The translations under genes and the position numbers were made by a program. A stretch of 64,000 nt of DNA from Callorhinchus milii. Lineage: Eukaryota. The notes beneath the pieces are model-generated. The model searched no databases, was not told the DNA's origin, and saw only the letters and a list, made by a program, of their open reading frames with translations. Of this stretch, positions 27,637 through 40,354 are shown piece by piece. Each line of letters opens with the position of its first letter. Position 1 is the first letter of the stretch. The stretch lies in NCBI RefSeq assembly GCF_018977255.1, contig NW_024704742.1, forward strand, positions 76,200,001 to 76,264,000. The letters are read 5' to 3'.

Positions 27637-30040
27637 AGGGAGAGGAAGGGAGGGGAAGGGAGGGTATGTGTATGTGAGGGAGGGGGGGATATATGAGGGT
27701 ATGCGAAGGAAGGGAGGGTATGTGAGTGTGTGAGTGTGAGGGAGGGTATGTGAGGGTATGTGTGTGAGGGAGGATATGTGAGGGTGTGAGTGTGTGAGGG
27801 AGGATATGTGAGGGTGTGAGTGTGTGAGGGAGGAGAGGGTATGTGAGAGTGTGAGGGAGGAGAGGGTATGTGAGAGTGTGAGGGAGGAGAGGGTATGTGA
27901 GAGTGTGAGGGAGGAGAGGGTATGTGAGAGTGTGAGGGAAGGGAGGGGGTGTGAGGGTGTGAGTGTGTGAAGAAGGGGAGGGTATGAGAGGGTGTGAGTG
28001 TGTGAGGGAGGGGAGCGGAGGGTATGTGAGGGTGTGAGTGTGTGAGGGAGGGGAGCGGAGCGTATGTGAGGGTGTGAGTGTGTGAGGGAGGGGAGGGTAA
28101 GTGAGGGTGTGAGGGAGAGGAGGGTATGTGAGTGTGAGAGGGAGGAGAAGGTATGTGAGGGTGTGAGTGTGTGAGGGAGGGGAGAGGAGGGTGTGAGTGT
28201 GTGAGGGAGGGGAGGGTAAGTGAGGGTGTGAGGGAGAGGAGGGTATGTGAGTGTGAGAGGGAGGAGAAGGTATGTGAGGGTGTGAGTGTGTGAGGGAGGG
28301 GAGAGGAGGGTGTGAGTGTGTGAGGGAGGGGAGGGGAGTGTGTGAGGGAGCGGGGGTGTGAGGGGAGGGTGTGAGTGTGTGAGGGAGGGGAGCGGAGGGT
28401 ATGTGAGGGTGTGAGTGTGTGAGGGAGGGGAGGGTAAGTGAGGGTGTGAGGGAGAGGAGGGTATGTGAGTGTGAGAGGGAGGAGAAGGTATGTGAGGGTG
28501 TGAGTGTGTGAGGGAGGGGAGAGGAGGGTGTGAGTGTGTGAGGGAGCGGAGGGGAGTGTGTGAGGGAGCGGGGGTGTGAGGGGAGGGTGTGAGTGTGTGA
28601 GGGAGGGGAGTGTGTGAGGGAGGGGAGGGTGTGAGTTGAGGGGAGGGTGTGAGTGTGTGAGGGAGGGTGTGTGAGTGTGTGAAGGGAGGGTATGAGGGGA
28701 GGGGAGGGTGTGAGGGGGGGAGGGAGGGTGTGTGAGTGTGTGAAGGGAGGGTGTGAGGGGAGGGGAGGGTGTGAGGGGAGGGGAGGGTGTGAGTGTGTGA
28801 GGGAGGGAGGGTGTGTGGGTGGGAGGTTGTGTGAGTGTGAGTGTGTGAGGGAGGGGAGGGTGTGAGTGTGTGAGCGAGGGGAGGATGAGAGGAGGGGAGG
28901 GTGTGAGGGGAGGGTGTGAGTGTGTGAGGGGAGGGTGTGAGGAGGAGGGGAGGGTGTGAGGGAGGGGAGGGTGTGAGGAGAGGGTATGAGGAGGGTGAGG
29001 GGAGGAGGGGAGGGTGTGAGTGTGTGAGGGAGGGGAGTGTGAGGGGTGTGAGGGAGGGTGTGAGGGGAGGGTGAGGGTGTGAGTGTGTGAGGGGAGGGTG
29101 TGAGGTGAGGGGTGAGGGGTGTGAGGGGAGGGTGAGGTGAGGGGTGTGAGGGAGGGTGTGAGTGTGTGAGGGAGGGGAGTGTGAGGGGTGTGAGGGAGGG
29201 TGTGAGTGTGTGAGGGAGGGGAGTGTGAGGGGTGTGAGGGAGGGTGTGAGTGTGTGAGGGAGGGGAGTGTGAGGGGTGTGAGGGAGGGTGAGGTTGTGAG
29301 TGTGTGAGGGGAGTGTGTGAGGGAGGGGAGGGGAGGGTGTGAGGGAGGGGAGGGTGAGGTGAGGGGTGTGAGGGAGGGTGTGAGTGTGTGAGGGGAGGAG
29401 GGGAGGGTGTGAGTGTGTGAGGGGAGGGTGTGAGGGAGGTGAGGGTGAGGGAGTGTGAGGGGTGTGAGGGGGGAGGGTGAGGTGAGGGGTGTGAGGGAGG
29501 GTGTGAGTGTGTGAGGGGAGGAGGGGAGGGTGTGAGTGTGTGAGGGGAGGGTGTGAGGGAGGTGAGGGTGAGGGGAGTGTGAGGGGTGTGAGGGAGGGTG
29601 AGGTGAGGGGTGTGAGGGAGGGTGTGAGTGTGTGAGGGAGGGGAGTGTGAGGGAAGGGTGTGAGGGAGTGTGTGAGGGGAGGGTGTGAGGGAGGGGAGGG
29701 TGTGAGGAGAGGGTATGAGGAGGGGAGGAGGGGAGGGTGTGAGTGTGTGAGGGAGGGGAGTGTGAGGGAAGGGTGTGAGGGAGTGTGTGAGGGGAGGGTG
29801 TGAGGGAGGGGAGGGTGTGAGGAGAGGGTATGAGGAGGGGAGGAGGGGAGGGTGTGAGTGTGTGAGGGGAGGGTGTGAGGTGAGGGGTGTGAGGGGAGGG
29901 TGAGGGTGTGAGTGTGTGAGGGGAGGGGAGTGTGAGGGAGGGGAGTGTGAGGGGTGTGAGGGAGGGGAGTGTGAGGGGTGTGAGGGGAGGGGTGTGAGGG
30001 GAGGTGAGGGTGTGAGGGAGGGAGGGGAGGGGAGGGGAGG
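27637..30040. repeat. G-rich degenerate tandem array (GAGG/GTGA/TGAGGG motifs), ~2.4 kb
   Basis: Plus strand almost devoid of C; 27 bp units near 27835-27940; GGTAAGTGAG marker recurs 119 bp apart at ~28096 and ~28215. Confidence 0.95.
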
Positions 30041-30410
30041 CCGGGAATCGCTCACGTTGGTGTGTCCGGGGCCTGTCAGTGGCGGTTGCCGTGGGGGAGC
30101 CGCAGGCGGGCGGTGGCGGCGGTGGCGGTGGCGGTGGCCAGAGCAGCTGGAGGTGTTCCGCGGGCCCGGGGGGGAGCGGGTCGGCTCCGGGAGCTTTCCT
30201 GATGAAGTAGATGACGGGGTCGGGCTCGGGGGCGCCGCACGCCTCGCCGTTTCCCTCCGGCTCCGGGCAGCCGGGGGTCGGCAGCGGCTGGAACTGTGGC
30301 GCTGCCGCAGACAACTCCGCCATGTTCCCACTGAGTCAGCCCCACACTGTCACTGTCACTGCCACACACCGGCCCGGCCCGCCCGGCCCGGCCCGGCCCG
30401 CCCGGCACTC
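30040..30410. promoter_or_regulatory. Small CpG island and GC-box promoter of the upstream RUFY3 exon
   Basis: Dense CpG in an otherwise CpG-poor window; (CCCGG)n run with CCGCCC GC boxes at ~30369-30406, just 5' of the minus-strand ATG. Confidence 0.7.
30056..30323 (-). CDS. RUFY3: Probable alternative upstream first coding exon of RUFY3 (Pro/Gly-rich N-terminus)
   Basis: ATG in AACATGG Kozak context inside a CpG-rich island; encodes MAELSAAAPQ...PVIYFIRK...PPPPPPPPPP...RTHQ; ends at CAAC|GTGAGC donor; 268 nt, phase 1, the same phase as the 16301 exon. Assignment to RUFY3 is inferred from strand, position, phase and a recalled mammalian isoform starting MAE. Confidence 0.68.
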
Positions 30411-30435
30411 TCACTACCCCTAGCAACCACCCCTA

Positions 30436-33400
30436 GCAACTCACTCACTCACTCACTCACTCTCACTCACTCACTGTCACTCACTCTCACTCACTCACTG
30501 TCACTCACTCTCACTCACTGTCACTCACTCACTGACTGTCACTCACTCACTGACTGTCACTCACACTCACTCAATCACTCACTAACTCACTCACTGTCAC
30601 TCAGTCTCACTCACTCACTGTCACTCACTCACTGTCACTCACTGTCACTCACTCACTGTCACTCACTCACACTCACTCAATCACTCACTAACTCACTGAC
30701 TCACTCACTCACTATCACTCACTCTCACTCACTGTCACTCACTCACTGTCACTCACTATCACTCACTCACTGTCACTCACTCACTGTCACTCACTCAATC
30801 ACTCACTAACTCACTGACTCACTCACTCACTATCACTCACTCTCACTCACTGTCACTCACTCACTGTCACTCACTATCACTGTCACTCACTGTCACTCAC
30901 ACTCACTCACTCACTGACTGTCACTCACTATCACTCACTCACTCACTGTCACTCACTCACTGACTGTCACTCACTGATTGTCACTCACACTCACTCAATC
31001 ACTCACTAACTCACTCACTGTCACTCAGTCTCACTCACTCACTGTCACTCACTCACTGTCACTCACTCAATCACTCACTAACTCACTGACTCACTCACTC
31101 ACTCACTCTCATTCACTCACTTATTCACTCACTGTCAAACACTGACTCACTCACTGTCACTCAGTGTCACTCACGCAATCACTCACTAACTCACTGTCAC
31201 ACAATCACTCACTAACTCACTGTCACACAATCACTCACTAACTCACTGACTGTCACTCACTCACTTTTTCACTCACTGTCACACTGACTCAGTCACTCAA
31301 TGTCACTCTCACTGTCACTCACTGTCACTCACTCACTGTCACTCGCTCACTCAATCACTCACTGTCACTTACTTGCTCACTCACTCGCTGTCACTCACTC
31401 ACTGTCACTCACTCACTCACCCACCTACCCACTTACTCACTCACTCACTTACTCACTCACTCTCTGTCATTCACTCTGTCCTCGCTGTCACTCTCTGTCA
31501 CTCACTGTCACTCACTCTCTCACTCACCTACCCACTTACTCACTCACTCATTCACTCACTCACTCACTGTCACTCACTCCTTCACTCACACTCACTCTCA
31601 CTTGCTCACTCACTCTCACTCACTCACTGTCACTTGCTCACTCACTACCCCTCTCTTCACTTATTCACTGTCACTCTCTGTCACTCACTCTCTTTCACTC
31701 ACTCTCTGTCACTCTGTCTCTCACTCACTCTCTGCCACTCACTCTTGTCACTCACTCTCTGTCACTCACTTTCTGTCACTCACTCTGTCACTCACTCACT
31801 CACCCACCTACCCACTCACTCACTCACTCACTCACTCACTCACTCACTCACTCACTCAGTGTCACTCGCTGTCACTCACTGTCACTCGTCACTCTGTCAC
31901 TCATTCAATGTCACTCACTCACTGACTATCACTCACTGTCACTCACTCACTGTCACTCACTGACTCTCTGTCAGTCACTACCCCTCTCTGTTCATTCACT
32001 GTCACTCACTGTCACTCACTCACTCACTCTCTCACCTACCCACTCACTCACTCACTCACTCACTCACTCACTCACTCACTCACTCACTCACTCACTCACT
32101 CACTCACTCACTCACTCACTGTCACTCACTCACTCCCTCACTCCCTCCCTCACTCCTTCACTCACTCACTCTCTCACTGTCACTTACTTGCTCACTCACT
32201 CACTCTCACTCACTCATTCACTCACTGACTCTCTCACTCACTACCCCTCTCTGTTCACTCATTCACTGTCACTCTCTGTCACTCACTCTCTTTCACTCAC
32301 TCTCTGTCACTCTGTCTCTCACTCACTCTCTGCCACTCACTCTTGTCACTCACTCTCTGTCACTCACTTTCTGTCACTCACTCTGTCACTCACTCACCCA
32401 CCTACCCACTCACTCACTCACTCACTCACTCACTCACTCACTCACTCACTCACTGTCACTCAGTGTCACTCGCTGTCACTCACTCACTCACTCACTCGTC
32501 ACTCTGTCACTCATTCAATGTCACTCACTCACTGACTATCACTCACTGTCACTCACTGACTGTCACTCACTCGTTCACTCACTCACTGTCACTCAATCAC
32601 TCACTCGCTGTCACTTAGTTGCTCACTGTCACTCGCTCAATCACTCAATCACTCACTCACTGTCATTTACTTGCTCACTCACTCACTGTCACTCACTCAC
32701 TGTCATTCACTCACTATCACTCACTCACTGTCACTCACTCACTCACTCTCTCACCTACTCACTCACTCACTCACTCACTCACTCACTCACTCACTCACTC
32801 ACTCACTGTCACTCACTCACTCCCTCACTCCCTCCCTCACTCCTTCACTCACTCACTCTCTCACTGTCACTTACTTGCTCATTCACTCACTCTCACTCAC
32901 TCATTCACTCACTGACTCTCTCACTCACTACCCCTCTCTGTTCACTCATTCACTGTCACTCTCTGTCACTCACTCTCTTTCACTCACTCTCTGTCACTCT
33001 GTCTCTCACTCACTCTCTGCCACTCACTCTTGTCACTCACTCTCTGTCACTCACTTTCTGTCACTCACTCTGTCACTCACTCACCCACCTACCCACTCAC
33101 TCACTCACTCACTCACTCACTCACTCACTCACTCACTCACTCACTGTCACTCAGTGTCACTCGCTGTCACTCACTCACTCACTCACTCGTCACTCTGTCA
33201 CTCATTCAATGTCACTCACTCACTGACTATTCACTCACTGTCACTCACTGACTGTCACTCACTCGTTCACTCACTCACTGTCACTCAATCACTCACTCGC
33301 TGTCACTTAGTTGCTCACTGTCACTCGCTCAATCACTCAATCACTCACTCACTGTCATTTACTTGCTCACTCACTCACTGTCACTCACTCACTGTCATTC

Positions 33401-36400
33401 ACTCACTATCACTCACTCACTGTCACTCACTGTCACTCGCTCACTCACTCTCACTCACTCACTGTCACTCTGTCACTCATTGTCACTCTGTCACTCACTC
33501 ATTGTCACTCTCTGTCACTCACTCACTGTCACTCGCTGTCACTCACTGTCACTCATTGTCACTCTCTTTCACTCACTCATTGTCACTCTCTTTCACTCAC
33601 TCAATCAGTCACTCAATGTCACTCATTCACTGTCACCCACTCACTCACTCAATCTCTCACTCACTCTGTGTCACTCACTCTGTGTCATTCACTCTGTCAC
33701 TCACTCTCTGTCACTCACTCACTCACTCACTCACTCACCCACCCACCCACCCACTGACTCACTCACTCACTGTCACTCACTCTCCCACTTACCTACCCAC
33801 TTACTCACTCACTCACTCACTCACTCACTCACTCACTCACTCACTCACTCACTGTCACTCAGTGTCACTCGCTGTCACTCACTCACTCACTGTCACTCGT
33901 CACTCTGTCACTCATTCAATGTCACTCACTCACTGACTATCACTCACTGTCACTCACTGACTGTCACTCACTCGTTCACTCACTCACTGTCACTCAATCA
34001 CTCACTCGCTGTCACTTAGTTGCTCACTGTCACTCGCTCAATCACTCAATCACTCACTCACTGTCATTTACTTGCTCACTCACTCACTGTCACTCACTCA
34101 CTGTCATTCACTCACTATCACTCACTCACTGTCACTCACTCACTCACTCTCTCACCTACCCACTCACTCACTCACTCACTCACTCACTCACTCACTCACT
34201 CACTCACTCACTCACTCACTGTCACTCACTCACTCCCTCACTCCCTCCCTCACTCCTTCACTCACTCACTCTCTCACTGTCACTTACTTGCTCACTCACT
34301 CACTCTCACTCACTCATTCACTCACTGACTCTCTCACTCACTACCCCTCTCTGTTCACTCATTCACTGTCACTCTCTGTCACTCACTCTCTTTCACTCAC
34401 TCTCTGTCACTCTGTCTCTCACTCACTCTCTGCCACTCACTCTTGTCACTCACTCTCTGTCACTCACTTTCTGTCACTCACTCTGTCACTCACTCACCCA
34501 CCTACCCACTCACTCACTCACTCACTCACTCACTCACTCACTCACTCACTCACTCACTGTCACTCAGTGTCACTCGCTGTCACTCACTCACTCACTCACT
34601 CGTCACTCTGTCACTCATTCAATGTCACTCACTCACTGACTATCACTCACTGTCACTCACTGACTGTCACTCACTCGTTCACTCACTCACTGTCACTCAA
34701 TCACTCACTCGCTGTCACTTAGTTGCTCACTGTCACTCGCTCAATCACTCAATCACTCACTCACTGTCATTTACTTGCTCACTCACTCACTGTCACTCAC
34801 TCACTGTCATTCACTCACTATCACTCACTCACTGTCACTCACTGTCACTCGCTCACTCACTCTCACTCACTCACTGTCACTCTGTCACTCATTGTCACTC
34901 TGTCACTCACTCATTGTCACTCTCTGTCACTCACTCACTGTCACTCGCTGTCACTCACTGTCACTCATTGTCACTCTCTTTCACTCACTCATTGTCACTC
35001 TCTTTCACTCACTCAATCAGTCACTCAATGTCACTCATTCACTGTCACCCACTCACTCACTCAATCTCTCACTCACTCTGTGTCACTCACTCTGTGTCAT
35101 TCACTCTGTCACTCACTCTCTGTCACTCACTCACTCACTCACTCACTCACCCACCCACCCACCCACTGACTCACTCACTCACTGTCACTCACTCTCCCAC
35201 TTACCTACCCACTTACTCACTCACTCACTCACTCACTCACTCACTCACTCACTCACTCACTCACTCACTCACTGTCACTCAGTGTCACTCGCTGTCACTC
35301 ACTCACTCACTGTCACTCGTCACTCTGTCACTCATTCAATGTCACTCACTCACTGACTATCACTCACTGTCACTCACTGACTGTCACTCACTCGTTCACT
35401 CACTCACTGTCACTCAATCACTCACTCGCTGTCACTTAGTTGCTCACTGTCACTCGCTCAATCACTCAATCACTCACTCACTGTCATTTACTTGCTCACT
35501 CACTCACTGTCACTCACTCACTGTCATTCACTCACTATCACTCACTCACTGTCACTCACTGTCACTCGCTCACTCACTCTCACTCACTCACTGTCACTCT
35601 GTCACTCATTGTCACTCTGTCACTCACTCATTGTCACTCTCTGTCACTCACTCACTGTCACTCGCTGTCACTCACTGTCACTCATTGTCACTCTCTTTCA
35701 CTCACTCATTGTCACTCTCTTTCACTCACTCAATCAGTCACTCAATGTCACTCATTCACTGTCACCCACTCACTCACTCAATCTCTCACTCACTCTGTGT
35801 CACTCACTCTGTGTCATTCACTCTGTCACTCACTCTCTGTCACTCACTCACTCACTCACTCACTCACTCACTCACCCACCCACTGACTCACTCACTCACT
35901 GTCACTCACTCTCCCACTTACCTACCCACTTACTCACTTACTCACTCACTTACTTACTCATTCACTCACTCACTCACTCACTCATTCACTCATTGTCAAT
36001 CACTCTTTCACTCACTCACTCTCTGTCACTCACGCTCTGTCACTCACTGTCACTCATTGATCACTCACTCACTGTCACTCACTCACAGTCACACCCTCAC
36101 TCACTGTCACTCACTCATTCACTCACAGTCACGCACTCACTCACTCACTGTTACTCACTCAAACTATCATTCACTCACTCACTGTCACTCACTGTCACTT
36201 ACTTGCTCACTCACTCACTGTCACTCACTCACTGTCACTCCCTCCCTCACTCATTCATTCACTCACTGTCCTCACTCCCTCACTCACTGTCACTCACTCA
36301 CTCACTCATTGTCACTCTGTCATTCATTCACTCAGTGTCTCTTACTGTCACTCACTGACTCACTCACTGACTGTCACCCATTGACTGTCACTCACTGACT

Positions 36401-36815
36401 GTCACTCACTGACTCACTCACTCACTCCCTCACTCACTCACTGACTGTCACTCACTGTCACTCACTCACTCACTCACTCATTCTCTATCATTCACTCTGT
36501 CCCTCGCTGTCACATTCTGTCACTCACTGTCACTCACTGTCACTCACTCACTCTCTCTCACTCACTCGCTGTCACTCTCTGTCACTCACTCATTGTCACT
36601 CTCTGTCACTCACTCACTGTCACTCGCTGTCACTCACTCACTCACTCACTCACTCACTCACTCACTCACTCACTCACTCACTGTCACTCACTCATTGTCA
36701 CTCTCTTTCACTCACTCATTGTCACTCTCTTTTACTCACTCACTCACTCAGTCACTCAATGTCACTCATTCACTGTCACCCACTCGCTCACTCACTCACT
36801 CACTCACTCACTCAT
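30436..36815. repeat. (CACT)n/(CACTGT) satellite with ~700 bp higher-order repeats, ~6.4 kb
   Basis: Continuous CACT/CACTGT units; rare marker TTAGTTGCTC at 32615, 33307, 34016, 34719 and 35436. Confidence 0.97.
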
Positions 36816-37850
36816 CCCGTACACTGGGCCAACAAGTGGGACATGAGGGTGGATGCCCCCAAGTGTAGAATCATGGTTCTGCACGGCCAGAGGGAAGACA
36901 TCACGGGAATTGACTGGAAGATACAAGGTGGTATCAGTCCCAATGACTCTTATCAGTACATCAGGGTCGTGGTGGGCACCAGCTTCAGCCTGGATATTGT
37001 CCTGAGAAATGGCGAAGGGCATTCTGGTCATCCGTCTTCAAGGACAGCAAGGTCCCAACTCTGATCCAGCTTGTGGCATACAAGACCTGTGTGCAAACAG
37101 TCCTTCTTTATGGAGTGGAAAGTCTTTCTCGGACCCATTAGCAAAGTTCAGGATCAAGCAGTGAAGTGAATTTGTGGCAAATACAGGAAGTGGCTGTAGG
37201 GAGGGAGGTCTCCAGCCTACACTCACCCTGGAGGCAGAATTGGCTTCACGGCAGCATGTCTATTTGCAGACAGCTGACGGTGGCAATGCTCTCATGCATG
37301 TCATGCTGAGATGTGTTGCCCACAGCTGAACTGGCTCCAAGGTGACAATGTCTGGCTAAGGGATGTCAGAATTGATCCAGTCCTCTGACAGTCTCGGTAG
37401 TTCGTTCCTGAGCCAGGCGGGTCCGCAGTGTTCCAGGCCTCACAGTCAGCCTGGCTCATCGGCAGGATCTGGAAGAGCAAACCAGTTACTGGGAGCATGG
37501 AGTCATCCCACTCAGCTCCTGTTAACCCTGCAAGCCAGAGCCCTAACGGGTAGGGTGGTCCGAGCTGGACAAGCAGTAGAAAAGTTTGCCGGACAGCAAT
37601 ATCAATAGCAAGCTATGTGGTTTTAGCTGGTTAGACTCCAGCATCATCCCAAAGCACAATCTGGGGTCCACAAGTCTTGGCTCTAGCTAACCTGTGCCTA
37701 ACACTTTCCAGAATTAGGTAAGCAGGTGCATCCCTTCAGGAGAGAGTGCACATTCTATTCCAACAATCTATCTCTTTCCATGTGTTGGTGGGATGCATGG
37801 AATTCTCAGCTTGATTTGGATATTCTTAAGCATAGTGATGGGTTTCCTCA
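36815..37850 (+). mobile_element. Decayed non-LTR retrotransposon 3' fragment, clade not determined
   Basis: WANKWDMRVDAPKCRIMV...SYQYIRVV resembles an RT C-terminus; its 3' part recurs inverted at ~22950-23260 and ~55247-55330. Confidence 0.6.
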
Positions 37851-39974
37851 TGTGTCACACACCCGGATGACCAAAACAAAATACAATTTGCAAAGGCACA
37901 AGCATCACTTGTGCATTCACAATTCAATGCAAAATGAGACTTGGTACATCCATCGATGAAATAAGTGTGAACATATGACTTGTGAAAAAAATTGCATGAT
38001 GCCATTTTATGCATCACTGGCAACTACGCTGTCTTATTCCTATACAGCGGTATGGTTGTCTGCTTCACCATCTGTTTGTCGCTATTATCACTGCTGGATG
38101 CCACAAAGCAACAAAATATTCCCAGCATTGTATAGTAATCTTCCTCCTGTGAAATCAAAACATCGCATTCTCATTTTCAGAATGCCGAATGTGCATTCTA
38201 TGACTATCCCTTGTAGGAATATGCATCCCCACCAGACCTCTGCTGCAGTTAGGATTTAGGGGCAGGACACAGAAGCCATGAGCTACAACTTTAGTCTGTG
38301 ACTTCTGTCATCTGCCAAAAGATAGAAAGTTATTAATTAAAACGACACCTGCATGAAGGTAACAGGCAATTAGCCACCACCACGACTCATTCCTTAAATC
38401 TCCATCTCAATTCGAATTTGCAAGAATAAATGAGCCGTGGCTATTGCCAAGAAAGTTGGCACACTCGTTTTGGATTATATTGTGGCCAGGGCATAACACA
38501 CACCTGTACCATAACATCTCGTGCAACTTATTAATTCTCTTGGACTGGAAAGTTCTGGATTCAAATCCAGTTGAGTTCATTCAGCCATTAACCCTCGGCT
38601 CATAGTAGACCCCCCCCCCCCCCAGCTTGAGAAGGGAAGAAAATAGTCTTTGTTCCTATGCCTGAACGCTCTCTTGTGATCTTATGGAAATGTGCATGTG
38701 TGTAGGATAAAGTTCTAGGGCTGAGCTAGTTCTAAGTGGCATGACTGTCAACGTCCAGTTGGCTCACAGTGGTAGAAAGTCTCCCAAAATGACTTTAGTA
38801 TCAGCAGATGTAGAGATAGTCAAGAACCTCATGTGCAGTGGAGCCTAATGCACAGTCCCTAAGAATGAGTACCCAGATCCTATCCCAATCAATTGTGTTC
38901 TAATCTCTCTTGTTGAAAGGCAGTATTTGGAGCCCAGGACCCTTTCCCCATCTTACCCCCCACCCCCCCCCCCCCCCCCCCCACTCCCACAACAAAACAA
39001 ATCACCCAGCTCAGAGTAGTGTTGGTAAACGTGGTCTACACCTGACCACCAGGTTTGGTAAACGCCCACCTGTTAACATTTACAATGTAAGCAAAACCCG
39101 CTCTGCAACAATGCCAGCACGCTGGATGCGGAGCTCAGGCTATGATCAGAATACAGTTGCAGTCGTTGCAAATGAAAGGGTACCTATAGGAAACAGGATT
39201 GTAGTTTGTTTGGAACTAGAATATTTAAGCAATGTTGTGGGTGTGAAAAGCACTTTTGGTTCATAAAAGTCAAATTCTGTTTTCTTTATGCAATGAATAT
39301 TTTACACCTTGTGTCACCATAGTTATACAGTAGTCGTTTTGTAACTAAATTACTTGTAGCAAAGTAAACGTAATAGGGAGTCCTGAGAATTTGTTGTCTT
39401 GGTGGCTGTGACAAATTGAAAATGTAAACCTTATTTTTTTTAAAAAAAGGGATTATTTTAAATTAATTTAAATGTATAAAGTATTTTTTTTCTACTACAG
39501 CAATAAATTGCATTTACGTAGCGACTTTTGTGTTGGGCGGAGATGAAGGTCTTGCAATGGAGCTGGGGTTTGGAGGGCAAGGAGGGTGGTGATGGGAGCA
39601 TTTCCAGATTGGGCTAGAAGATGTAATGGATTTTAAGTAACTATTATGGGATGTTTAATGGTTTTATTTTGATTCTTTGATGTTATTAACATTTTTAAAA
39701 TGCTTGTGAAGTTCAATAATTCGCCTGCTGTGCTTGAAGGTTTTCTTATCGCATGCTAACACCAGTGTCTGTGTGAATCCAACAGCTACGCAAAGGATAG
39801 TGGAGTGAGAGCTAAATCCCCTTTGCTCAATGATAGCAAGAAAAGTCATTATTGCAATTCAGAAAATCTGGGGGGAAAATTGGGCAATGTTCAGCTTTGG
39901 AGTGTTCATACCAATGTGTGGCTTGCCTGTGATCGCATAACTGGCTTATAAATTTACCTAAATGAAATGCAAAC

Positions 39975-40178
39975 CCTGGAGTACCTGCACCTCGCCCCTC
40001 CTTTGCCTCCTTTAAGGCCCGTCTCAATCGTCTTTCGGTTTGGACCGTTCCTTCAGTCATCTTCCCATCTTCACCTCCTTTGCCCACCATCCCTCTTGCC
40101 TCCAACCCCTAGTTTGTTTGCAAACCCTTTATTATCCAGGGCCTTGGGACTTCCTCCCGACGTGAAAGGTGCTTTATA
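39975..40178 (+). mobile_element. L2 3' end, tail interrupted by a MITE
   Basis: CCTTGGGACTTCCTCCCGACGTGAAAGGTGCTTTATA; the tail resumes as CAAATGCAATTTG at 40355. Confidence 0.75.
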
Positions 40179-40354
40179 TTGTAAACTTCACACAAGTCGT
40201 CACAATTGGGACCACTTATTTAATATTCTATGGGTTATCCAAAGTACGAATTATGTCAAACTTGCATAGAGCATAAACTCTTGAAAGGGACTTGAGCAGC
40301 TGTGTGGCAGGGATCATACGATTTACACAGATCAGACTTACGCGAGTTTTACTG
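40179..40354. mobile_element. Tigger/pogo-like MITE, same family as 26802
   Basis: Shares TTATGTCAAACTTGCATAGA and CAGATCAGACTTA blocks; right TIR reverse complement CAGTAAAACTCGCGTAAGTC. Confidence 0.78.

Noticed and set aside
27629..30055. 900 aa and 896 aa Pro/His/Thr-rich ORFs
   Set aside because: Read-through of a stop-free satellite strand; a good GTGAGC donor at 30055 ends the plausible exon.
31900..36000. CRISPR-like periodicity
   Set aside because: Eukaryotic satellite; no unique spacers and no cas genes.
30430..36868. Many long Ser/Leu/Thr/His ORFs
   Set aside because: Translations of (CACT)n in all three frames.
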